The notes below the pieces were generated by a model that worked only from the letters and a program-made list of their open reading frames with translations, ran no database searches and was not told where the DNA came from. A DNA stretch of 64,000 nucleotides, from positions 37,760,001-37,824,000 of the forward strand of contig CM119371.1 in the NCBI GenBank assembly GCA_051294905.1, written 5' to 3'. Source of the DNA: Botryllus schlosseri. Taxonomy: Eukaryota. This document shows, piece by piece, positions 39,401 to 50,830 of the stretch. The position numbers and the translations under genes are program-made. Every line of letters starts with the position of its first letter. Position 1 is the first letter of the stretch.

Positions 39401-40800
39401 GTCGGTGATCGCGTACCTGCGGCGATGGTGTTCGTTTAATTATAACAACGAGAAAATCGGGCTTCATAATTGTGCGGGGGGAAACTGCGTTGGTTTTAAA
39501 GTTGTTCAATCATGAAATGCGTAACAAAATTTGACATGTCGGGTTACTTGTGAGTTTTCTCACACATGTTTACTATATTGTGTCACTCTTTATTGGTCAA
39601 TACATATCCCACCGTTCAGTTTGAAATCGGAAACTTAAAATTCAAGTAAAGCTTACGATTAAATTATGTTACGCGCTTAGTTACTAACTCTGAAAGCAAG
39701 CAAAATTCGTGGTATTTGATCGATATGGAAATTCGTGCACTGCATTTAGGTTGTGTTGAAAACATGACTTACTTAACAACGTTTCGACTCATAGGTGTGG
39801 ATAATTTAAAATACAGAGTATTGAAGTCATTAATGCATCGGTCACGATTAGTTTTACTTTTCAACTAACTTGTTGTCTGTCGTTATATTCATTAGACTCG
39901 CTTTCATGCGGCTAATTTGTCCCTATCATTATAACGTTAGGGATCGCGTACCTGCAGCGAAGGTGATTGTTTAATTTTAATATATAACAATAAAACCGCG
40001 AGTGTAAAATGAATTTAAAAAGTTCTACTATACAAAATTTTCGGAGTACCGACTATTTTGGGTAAATTCTGTTATGCGCTCAGTTACTGACTCTGAAAGC
40101 AAGCAAAGTTTGTGGTATTTGATCAACATGGAAATTCGTGCACTTTGCGTTTAGGTCATGTTGAAAACATTAGTTACTTAACAACATTTCAACCAATAGG
40201 TGTGGATAATTTAAAATTCAGAGTAATAAAGTCATTAAGAGATATTACCATCTTTAAATCATGGCCATATCATTGAAGTTGATTAAATTTACGGCTTCAG
40301 AACGCGTTAATTAGTCCCTGTCGTTATAACGCTGGGGTTCGCGTATATGCAGATAAAGTGTTTGTATAATTACAGCCCTGAGAATCGCGCGCCTGCGGCT
40401 ATAGTTCGTTCGATTATTTTCGCCTTGGGTGCTGTAGTGTTCTCGTGAACATAGATAGTCTGAAAGCAATGGGCCTTTGGTAAAGTTATATGGCCGAAAA
40501 CATCTAACGCTCACTAATCCAAATACAAAGTCCTAAATACACATACTAATATTAAATATCCAGAAAAAATACACATAATATAATATTTGGCGAATATAGT
40601 CTTGTATAGACATCATACTTTTCGAAATTTGCTCCTAAATACACACGGTTATAGTCTAACGGTCACGATGAACGTAAATAGCCTCGGGGGCGGACTCGAC
40701 ACGCATGATTGGTGCGTACCAATTTGATCAACCCTCACTACTCTACTCCAAGTCGTTTCGACTCCTTCCTGTCCTTTCATTGTATCGCAGGTGCATTGAA

Positions 40801-41189
40801 ATTATTAGTATTATTATTAATGGCACATTTACAGTGGCGCTTATCGCATTTTCATGCACCACGACACGAATATTTGTAATGATCATAATTCTTTGCCTTC
40901 CGTGTTCTTGAGGACGGGTTTCACTCTTTCTCTCACTCAGACGTCAGCCTCTCTCGCTCTCATGCGTGCCCATCGTGGTCTTTGCTGCCGACTTGTAGCA
41001 CGGCTCATTTTCTGTCTGGACTTTTCAATGCACTGCAACTGCAGTGATGTCGGCGATGAGGAGCCCAGAGAAGGCGATGAGGAGCCCAGAGAAACCTCCG
41101 ACACATAGAAGGTGGTCAGAACCGGGATTTGAACCCTCTTCCATTGGTGTCGTGGCTCAGTGCGTAACCAACTGCGCCACTCGCTTCCC
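40801..41189 (-). mobile_element. tRNA-derived SINE, family 2
   Basis: A box TGGCGCAGTTGG, B box GGTTCAAATCC, (TAA)n tail, TSD-like gtg(c/g)attgaaat. Confidence 0.8.
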
Positions 41190-42402
41190 AAGTGGATTGA
41201 AATGATGGAATTGTTGAAATTTAAATTGAATTGACATAGTTTGGGTTCCAGTTTTCTGCTAAAAACCGAACCCGGTCACTAGACCTCACAAGTATGGAGT
41301 ATTCCCAAATATGAAATAGTTTTTATCACGTATTGATGATCTTTGAATGTAATCCGACGCCGGGTGTTCTGTCCAGATGTAGGTTCCACTTCACCACCAT
41401 GTGGTCATGTCTATAAGATATTGCCGAGTTCTTTGTCATTACTAGCGAGTGGCACTGGAAATGACAACGGGATCTATACTTGGAATTACCTGCCCTATCG
41501 GGAGTAGAAGTTGAGCAGACCTAAATATTTGGAATGGTCTCGAGAAGAAGTGGTAAGTAAAGAAGTGATTTTCTACTCTTTCGAAGTAGCACTGCTTTTT
41601 TCGGTGGCTATTATTGTAGACAACCTTCAATTCTTGTTAACAGTTACCAACTGTTTTGGAAAAAAAGATTTCTTTTACCAACTTGAAAGCGTTGCATCTA
41701 TCTGTTCTTAAGTAGAAATTTACCACGTTACTTCATCCTCTACCTGAGTACCAGCGATGACTGTTTTGTCCGTCTCTAGTCTCAAAGCGCAAGAATATTT
41801 GTACCGGACCGATTTAACCTCCTTTTCAGGAAATCGAAAATCTTCTCCAAGCACGCCTGAATGTTCCCCTTTTGGGATATTAGCCCCCTTGGAAATCCGT
41901 GACAGCTAGGCTAATGGACAGAGTCAACTGAAAATTGCCTTACATTACGCAGTAATGTGGACGTTCGAATGGGTCATTCGAGAGTCGAGTCGAAGTGATG
42001 ACCATTTTTTAGTCAACACCAGGGTTACCAAGCGCCAACGTTGAAACAACAACTATAAGGCTGCAGTTTGTTTATTTGTCAGATTATTCCTTGCTTTAGA
42101 CGTTGTGACTATTTCGTACCATATTCAATGTTCACCACAGGTCACAATAGTCACACGGACGATATGAATACTATAGATGGCCTCCCACTGCCTATCATAC
42201 CGAGGGCGAAAGTGATGGCCTATTTTAAATTGTCAGTTTTTTTAAATTTCGTTAGGGGTCACACTAGGACCAAAATAGATATGTCGTCCGCACTAACAGA
42301 ACATAATAACCCCTACCTTATACCAACTTTATAAATTTTCGAAATAGCTCCGTCACCATCTGTTGAAAACCACTGCTCTTACCGCTTTCCTGAAATTTTC
42401 AG

Positions 42403-42685
42403 AACCCTGATTAGCGCGATTGAGGCTACAGGCTTGAGTTTCTGGATCGGGGTGGTCACCTCGACGGACGACGAGGGGATATCCGCACCTGTGTTTATCG
42501 ATCCGCTGGCTGGAACCCCTGCAGTAGGCCAGCTCACCAACTTCGGTACGTCCCCGGCCGATGGCTTCACCCTTACTGTGGGTCAAAGTATCTGCGCGCG
42601 CCTGGATGAAATTGGTCAGGATACCCTGATATTCGAAGCGTGCGATTCCGCGAGTCACCGCTACCTGTGCGAATCTTGCGGTTAA
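42403..42685 (+). CDS. Terminal exon of a C-type lectin-domain gene (paralog of gene A exon 6)
   Basis: ttttcag acceptor, same phase as gene A; TLISAIEATGLSFWIG...ICARLD...LIFEACDSASHRYLCESCG*; frame open; upstream exons not found. Confidence 0.7.
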
Positions 42686-42866
42686 AATCCGACACTGTCA
42701 CGAATTGGATATGATCAGAGATGGTCATTAACAACTTAATTATATTTGTAGTCCTTAGCCATGACGAGTTTCCGCCGAAAACATTCGATTTTAAAAAAAA
42801 TATGAATATGTTATCCAATTGTATGTTAAAGTTTGGCTTGCCTATCTGTACGTATACATATATCAC

Positions 42867-43255
42867 TAGAGCCCGACCGATATTGGATTTTGGGCCGATA
42901 CCGATAACACCGATATATTCAGCTGATATTCAAATAAAGGTGAATCTACCTCAAAAGGCGCATTTTCAAAACTTCGGAGCATTTATTTCAACAACTTTAC
43001 AGCATTGTCATACTTGAACATGAAATAGACTATAAAGGATGTATCTGGGCACTTTGAAAGTGTAAGCTGTACGAAATATAGCAATATTCCCAGTCTAGCG
43101 GTCAAGAGTTATAGTTCACCGACTTCCTACCATCATGTTGTGACCCCACGAAAATAGCCAATATTTTATCAGCTCCAATGGCCGATACCGATAATTCATT
43201 GAAAGTGTAATATCGACTCGATATTATCGGCGAACCGATAATTGGTCGGGCTCTA
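42867..43255. mobile_element. hAT MITE
   Basis: TIR TAGAGCCCGACC; internal CCGATA repeats; perfect TSD tatatcac. Confidence 0.9.
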
Positions 43256-44944
43256 TATATCACTTACTCAGGTAGATAGACTTTTAGACTTCTTCCACTT
43301 CTATACTTAACATTTTCTTAGGCAGATCTACTGACCTCTGTGCTCTTTGATTTTATGGATTAGCGATCTTGGATAGCTTTGAAGCACTTGTACGAGTGAA
43401 ATTGTTATAGCAATCAAACCAAATAGCTCATGTATCGTGGGAACTGAATATTATTTTCAGAAAATGTACCTACTCATAGTGTATTTTGTGTTGTTCTGTC
43501 AGATGCGTTGACACTTTTACTTCTTCTTGAAGTAGTTTGTCATGTTTCGGAAATCGATGCGGTAATACTTCCACTTCTACTGCGACCACCTCTGGATAAG
43601 ATGACTGTCGGTTTACCTATTACCAATGAATTCATGGCATGCCTGATATTGCCGGATCTGATTTAATGGAATATAGCTCTGAGACCCAACAATACGACTA
43701 CATCTTTTTCGTCGATTTCGATATTATCAATATCCTTTTTCGGTTACCTGTTATGCCTATATATTGACAATCAAGAATCGAGCAATTTTTAAATACGGTC
43801 AGAATACTAATCACCCCTTATATTACCCCTTTCTTTTTCTCTTTTAATCCCGGAGCACCATTTCAAATCGCTGTTTATTCGTTACAAAATATATCCAAAT
43901 AATTTTGTGTGTGAATTGCTGGGAATACGAAAGAATATGAGTAGGTTAAATTTAATTTTGTGCTGAACCTACATCGATGGTTTGGTGTGAAAATAAACGA
44001 CTGATCGTGATAAAATGCTCCGTGACAAGATTGACCAAACAGAATTCAGCTTACGAAATCTTCGAATTGGTTGATCAAGTCAGAGCTCGGTCAAGACACA
44101 AGAACAAATGCATCGCATCTTAGCAGTTGAGCCCGCAGGGAATGTTTGATCGGGCGCTGAGTTCCTTTGTGCTACATTTCTTTTAGATTGGATTAGGCAG
44201 TAGGCAGCGTTGACACTTCTAATTTTATTTTCACTAACACGCACTAAAAGTGTGTTTTGTATTGCGCATTGGCCAATACATTATGTTCACCCGCCTTCAG
44301 ATCTACAGTGCATCAGGGCACTGATTTGATTCCTGTCGCAATTTTCGATCGGAATACTCCGTAGGAGGAAGTTAACAACCCGACCTTTATTTTGATCAAG
44401 CCCGTGCCTAAATTTTATATTATGTTGCGTATCGACCCCTGATTTTCACATATCGTCAGTTTACCAGTAAATCAGGTACCACCTACCTGAGAGGAGACAG
44501 AAATAAGAGCACGCAGGGACTATTTTTTGGAAGGGACGATTGGTAAACATTTGGGGCTATGCGCGATCTTCGGTAAAGAGGTGCAGCGTAGTGCGAACGT
44601 AAGGCTATTTCCCACGCGCTGGAAATGCTGACTACCGCTGTGTTTATCAACGAGAGCCAGCTGAAGAAATATCCGGTTCATCATATCGCATATAGGGAGG
44701 AGATAGTTAAGTTAGCTGATCCCGTAGAATGCTAATCGTGTGATTAAAAATTGCTAATCTGGACGCATTTTTGGCTGAGATAATAAAGTTGGCTTATCCG
44801 GAAGAATACTAATCGTGTGAGTACAAACTGCTAATCTGCAAGCATAAAGTTTGAAAAGGTTATACGCGCGACGATAATCCCGAGGTTGCAATCAAGTGGT
44901 CCATGCGATGATACCTGTTGCATCAGTACAGTACGTACGGTTTG

Positions 44945-45642
44945 CAGAAGGGGCGGCCACATGAGATAAACGGACCATTGCTCGGGCTGATTGAATGGTA
45001 AAGACCTTTTTCAGTCGTCCGATAGGCGCGAGCCAGATTGGGTAGCGGTTAAAACGAGACTTTTAATACAAAGCATCAAAATTAGTAACAATCATGTCAT
45101 GGGAAGTCAATGAGTATTTATGTCTTGGTTATTTATACTTATTTATGTCTTGGCTAAGCGCAAAAATTCTTCAGCATTAATGAATGAATTCAGCGAATAG
45201 CAGTGCTACTTGCATATATTGCGGGTCACTTTTATGTACTGCTGGGCTTATTCGGCAAGGACAGGATTATTCGGTGCTTGAAAGTATAATTATTTACGAT
45301 TTCGGCAAAGACGCGTGTGTCATTTTGTGCAAACGTTTTATTGTAGAGTCAAATATACCTGCCGCGAAATATTCCACTTCGTGGTCATGTACGAATATCT
45401 ACGAAATATGTGGCTGGCCCCTGGCTATATACGTCAATGGTCGGAACTAATATTTTAGTCATCGACATCCCAAATTTCACGGTCAGGCTAATCGAATTGT
45501 TGGTTGGCCTGGCGAATTTACAATAAATTACATTGATATTATTTTTTGAAATTCTAACCAATTTCGATAATTACCTTGCGGGCCACTCAAAACCTTATTG
45601 TGGGCCAAATTTGGCCCGCGGGCCACGGGCTGGCCGCCCCTG
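44945..45642. mobile_element. Degenerate hAT MITE related to 60851-61519
   Basis: Right end TGGCCGCCCCTG; internal similarity (ggacagga.tattcgg..c.tg); left end eroded. Confidence 0.6.
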
Positions 45643-45677
45643 GTATACAAGGATGGAATGCATTACAAAATAAAGAT

Positions 45678-47108
45678 CAGTGGTCGGAAATATATGGCTC
45701 GCGAGCCATATATGGTTCTTTCGGGCATAAGATATGGCTCTTTGCGAATTTTTATTTTTGTTCTTAATTTATCAATAGTGTAGCAACTTGGCATTAAATC
45801 TTCAGCACGACCAGTATAATTATTCTAGTGCCACTATAAAGATGTATTTGAGAGGTTAATATAGTGACGTATTCAGGATTAGGGGCTCGGGCCCAACTCT
45901 CAAATTCCTCAAATTTAAGTCGCTGTCGTTCCGGTGACCAATATCACTCCTAAATTAAATGTACCCGCCACGAAATCTTGGATTGCACGATATACGTTGA
46001 TGAATCAAAAAAGGGTAAGAGACATGGCGACACCTGTATCACAATGCAGTTTTAAATACACATTGTCTTCCTGATCTACGGCGAGAAAGAAACTGCCGTG
46101 GAAGTGACATTCACAATTACAAATTCAAATTATAAAAAAACGCCATAGCTGGCCTATACATGTGCTTGATTTATGACTATAGCTTTAGTCGCTGTAGGCC
46201 TGTGGCGCAACGTTATATTTTACCACCGAATACTTTGAGAATTGAGAAGACGACTCGGAATCTGTGCGACAATTAGGCTACAGTTAAATTCTATGACATT
46301 TACGATGAATTGCGCTATCACCGGTATAGGGCATGGTCCGGCCGACACTCAACTATGCCTTACCTTTCCTTTCACGCTTTGTTTTCGACAATAAATTGCC
46401 ACATTTCATGATTTTGGTAGTAAACATGTTCTAAATCTAGTAGACAGGTGAGGCTTTGCCTCAATTGGCTCCCCTGACCCCACATCATTGACTCCTTACG
46501 GCATCACACATTACAGTGGGCAGACCTAATAGTGATAATGTTTTGCTCCACCTACTTATGTCATCATGGATACTCGCATTTAAGAATAGCATCAAGACGA
46601 ACTCTACCATCCCGTATAACTGACGAAAGTCTCGTATTTTGAACGAAGCTTAACCTCAACAACAATCAGACTACAAAGCCATCAGCAATACCATGCAACA
46701 CCAGAAGACGCATTAACTATAAAAAGCATGTAAAAAGTATTAACATATTTTTACTCTTATTCACGTCTGTTGGAGATCTAAATGTTAATAGTCTTAAGCT
46801 TCTGAAATATCACATGGATCTCAGTACCATACAATTAAAAATATATAACTTGCAAAAGATCGATGTAACTCAAGTTTCGTATACTCGTTAATGAAATAAG
46901 GCAACCATCTGATTAGTACGAGTTTTTTACAGAGAAAATACGGTGCAATCGCTGAATCTCGTGTAGTGATTTCGAATTTGCGCTACCATGACATCAGGAT
47001 TTTGCAATTGTTACGTGGTAGTTGATTGACATGTACGGCTCTTTTGGAGTTAAAAGGGAATATGTGGGATCAATATGGATCTTCGGACGAAAAAGGTTCC
47101 CGATCCTG
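45678..47108. mobile_element. Older, longer copy of the 9332-10234 MITE family
   Basis: CAGTGGTCGG..TATGGCTCGCGAGCCATATATGG and AAAAGGTTCCCGATCCTG ends; collinear, with ~0.55 kb of extra internal sequence. Confidence 0.8.
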
Positions 47109-47181
47109 ATATAAATATATCGCTCTGCAATTGTGCGTGCATAATTGGTTGATTGTTGAGTGAAGCCATATTACCCACGAA

Positions 47182-47569
47182 TAGGGTAGCATTTAAAACA
47201 AACGGTGTTTTAAAACAATTTGCTTTTCAAGTAGTAAAATTATGCCATTATTGCGTAAATACTTTCGCAAAAGCTGTTGTATGAGCCTACGGACAATTAC
47301 CACCCTATTTAGCCGAGGTATATCGATATGGCGTGGTTGAAACCCTCAAAATAATTGGTTCAACAGTTATAGTGCAGATATTTCGTCAAAGGAGATATAT
47401 GTGGCCTACCCTATATTTTCAATTGTCAATATCAATCCATTATGACGTCACAATTGAATACTCGTGACGTCATGGCTTTCAAAAATGAAATTAAAAAACA
47501 TGTTTTAAATAAGTGCCTTGTTTTAAACATGTTTGTTTTAAATTGATTTTTGTTTTAAATGCAACCCTA
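47182..47569. mobile_element. hAT-like MITE (partial second copy ~48925-49200)
   Basis: TAGGGTAGCATTTAAAACAAA / TTTGTTTTAAATGCAACCCTA; TSD-like cccacgaa/cctacgac. Confidence 0.75.
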
Positions 47570-48513
47570 CCTACGACTGTTACGAGAAAATCGCCACGGT
47601 CATTATCGGAAATATTTGCGAGTACGAATGTTAGGCAGTGTACACTATACAGTTTGTTTATAGATAAATATATACTTATCTGTAGTTTTGATCTGGTTTG
47701 CTAAATCATGAGATTAATTTCCAAGTTCATGCGCTGCGATCAACCTGTGTTCTTAATCCTGGGTTGTTGAATCCTAAGGCACGCGATGATCGACTTTATC
47801 GATCATCGAACTTTATCATATCCGCCCATAGTGGTTCAAGACGGAGCCAATCGAAAATGCCACTGATGTGGCAAAGTCACTGGTTTACAGAACTCTATTT
47901 ATTTAAAGCGTTATCTGGTACGTTTAACTTCATAGAATTCCCGTAGCTGCTGTACTACACCAGTAGCTCATAGATTTATATCCGTTTTGCCAAATGGCGG
48001 ACTAGGCGTCAGCTCCTTGAACTAGAAAGGAGCTGTTTGGTACAATGAAGTGTGAAGGCCTGCCCCTTCGTACCATTGATCTGAAACACTGTGGTGGGGT
48101 GTACCAAAACGAAACGTACTGATTTGATTCCTTTGCTTCAAAGTTTGGATCGCGTGTTCCCAGGTGACTAGACCAATGCAGCTCTCGTTTAGTTATGCGT
48201 TATTTTCGGTTTTGTAACGATATCATATGCCCTCAGGGGCATTCGGGTGACGCAGTTAACAATATAGCGTCGGCTGGTCACTTTTAGCAACCAACATCTC
48301 ATGTTTCAAACAGGGATGATTTTATGTATAGATTTTTACCATGCCTTCTGATCATTGACATTTTACGGACCGTAAAAATGGGTACATGTTGATGTTGCTC
48401 TAGTCACTCACAACCTGTAGGGGGACTATGGTGACGTAACAAGTAGCATGTTCACGATGGAAGATCTGAAATAGGGTTGAATTAGAAAATCTGATTGCAA
48501 TTGATTGTTTGCC

Positions 48514-48534
48514 GAGAGAGAGAGAGAGAGAGAG
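48514..48534. repeat. (GA)n microsatellite
   Basis: About 10 GA units. Confidence 0.9.
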
Positions 48535-49575
48535 TGAATCTTCGACTTTGTTTGAGACGTGTTTAATTGTTAGGTTATATAAATATTATAACACGAATAA
48601 AATAGATGAAATGAATACGTCTCAAAATTACAACATAAAATAAGCTTATTGGAGTAGTAGTGTTGAAAGGATGTGACTCAGTACAATGCAACTCTGCCTT
48701 AGCCCCTCACGTCCTCATGAGCTGGTAAAGCAATACTGTTCATGGTTCAAGCCAGTGATGAGCGGATAGTGCTTTCTCGAGAATCCGAATCCCTCCAACA
48801 GTTTTAGTCTCTTAGCAAATCTCCATTCCACTTCGAAAATCTCAAACCCAGACTACGAGATAATCCGCAGAATATCGTCAAGCATATCCGAAACATCGAT
48901 ATCGGTAGAGGTAGGCTCCAAAAAACATGTTGTATCAGCCTACGGACAATTATTACGCGATATAGCCGACGTATACGATATCAGATGGTTGGAACCCGCA
49001 AAATAGTCGGTTCAGCAGCTCAAATGAGTTCGTCAAATGAGCTATATTTACCATATATCTTCAATCGTCAATGTCAATCCACTATGTCGTCACAATTGAT
49101 ATTCGAGATCTCATGGCTTGAAAAACAATAAAAACATTTTTTTAAAAGGAGCCTTGTTTTAAACATGTTTGTTTTAAATTGATTTTTATTTTAAATGCAA
49201 CAGGGCACAAGACTCACAATAGTTCTGCGCCGCCGTTTTTCTTATTCCGAATAAATAAATAGTTAGGCTTCGAACATCTATAAATAACAACTTTCCCACA
49301 GAAACCGCGTGGCGGATCGTATTCATCACGTTTTGACTTTTTATTTCCGAAGTAGATTGGACTAGAAACCGATAAAATAAGTACTATTAATATCTCACTT
49401 CAATTGCCGCAGTCGTTGTGGTCGTTGTAGTTGTGGCTGCTGCGGTTACGGTTGTGGTCGCTATCGCTGCAGGTGCAGTCGGAGGAACAATGGTCGTGGT
49501 CGATCTGATTGACCCTGAAACAAAATATCAAAAAATGTAAATTAGTCGGACTCTTTCCACTGCGAGCGTCTAATG

Positions 49576-50830
49576 CAGGGGTTCTCAATTTTGTCAATGT
49601 CTGTATAAATTGTGACTAAACATGTGTTTCACAACCATTCTGACGATACGATTACTGAAGATTAAACTTAATTCGTATTCTAGAAAGCTTGACAAACTCA
49701 AACTCCAGCAGTCGCGATCAACGGAGTATAGGCTGACTTCAACTTCATTTGAGCAAATTTTTGATATTCTTTGAAGATTTAGAGAAATTCCTACGTGCAA
49801 GTCATTCATTACTTTATAGCTTTGGCAGTAGCATAAATCTCTGTGCGCTAGGTAGCTGTTGTTGATAGCTGGCGAACTGCACTGCCTAAGACAGACTTCG
49901 ATGCAATATAGGTTGCCCGGTTTCGCCCTCAATTTGGCTATAAATCAACACAATTTAATTGGCAGGACAGAACGACGCCGTGCTCTCTGTAGTCACTACC
50001 AGCATCAGGATTAGTCTCAGTGCAACCTACCTTGAAATTAATTGATGTCCTTTCCAATGTTTTTTTTGTTATTTTCAAACAAGTTTGGGGAAGTTTGTCA
50101 GCAATGTAAAAGACTAAACAACTGTAATGCCGATTCAAAATTGGCGTAATATATACCTTATGTATACTATTACATCAGGGGTGGGCAGACCGTACGGCCG
50201 CATGCGGTCGTAGAAGGGAATTTGTGCGGCCGTCGACGCCTAATTTAATTAGTATGTGTTGGCAGCCGTAGACATGAAAATTGCAATTACGAATTTACTC
50301 CCGAATTTTCGAGAGATTTTATTTAATCTTGAAATTTTCTTCGCGCTCCGCGCAATTCAACAAGACTTCATTTTTCGATTTTAATGCAGTAACGCCCTTC
50401 TTAATTGGAGCAGGAATGGGAATCCTCCAGAAATAACAATTCATTCGCTGCTCTGAAAAATTTTCGCGCCCTGCGCGACAATATGCACGCCAAGCAACTA
50501 TTCATAACATTGCCACTCGCGATTTCGGTGCGTACAATAGGCCGTTGTGAAAAGTAGAATAGTCCGGAGTTCACCGGGAATGGATATGGACAGTATACCA
50601 TAGGCATTTTGCGTCCAGATCGTTCATTGCGGCTATGCCCTGGAATGCGGCCTTAGGCTACATAAGTAATCGAAATGCGGCAATGATTAGCAGGAAGGTT
50701 GCCCACCTCTGTATTAGATGATGTGCTCTGTTTGACATGACGATAAATGTAAGGGGGGAGGGTCAGGGGGGCGCGATTTTTTTGACCATCGCCAAGGGGG
50801 GCGCGTGTCAAAAAAGGTTGAGAACCGCTG
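49576..50830. mobile_element. hAT (Buster-type) MITE in an intron of gene B
   Basis: CAGGGGTTCTCAA / TTGAGAACCGCTG; perfect TSD gtctaatg. Confidence 0.85.
50176..50711. mobile_element. hAT MITE nested in the previous element
   Basis: CAGGGGTGGGCA / TGCCCACCTCTG; TSD tattacat/tattagat. Confidence 0.85.

Larger units (their letters stand above)
26142..40742. mobile_element. E2: 14.6-kb near-perfect palindromic element with Polinton/Maverick-type ends
   Basis: Termini AGTAGT...ACTACT; 6-bp TSD CTACTC (26136-26141, 40743-40748); arms 26142-33421 and 33463-40742 mirror about position 33442; no long ORF. Confidence 0.88.

Noticed and set aside
9447..40514. Many mirrored 60-140-aa ORFs in the arms as genes
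   Set aside because: Their duplication follows from the palindromes; no domain motifs recognised and many use non-ATG starts
6635..40742. Palindromes as assembly or amplification artefacts
   Set aside because: Each has a perfect TSD and the same AGTAGT terminus, the arms differ by point substitutions, one arm has a private insertion, and an empty-site paralog exists for E2; read-level confirmation is still desirable
6635..40742. Classical Foldback/Galileo/MULE identity for E1 and E2
   Set aside because: Those families typically make TSDs of 7 bp or longer and lack AGTAGT ends; a 6-bp TSD with AGT repeats fits Polintons better
40749..40790. Active hammerhead on the minus strand of the E2 flank
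   Set aside because: Core deviates from CUGANGA and lacks the U of the NUH triplet in both paralogs
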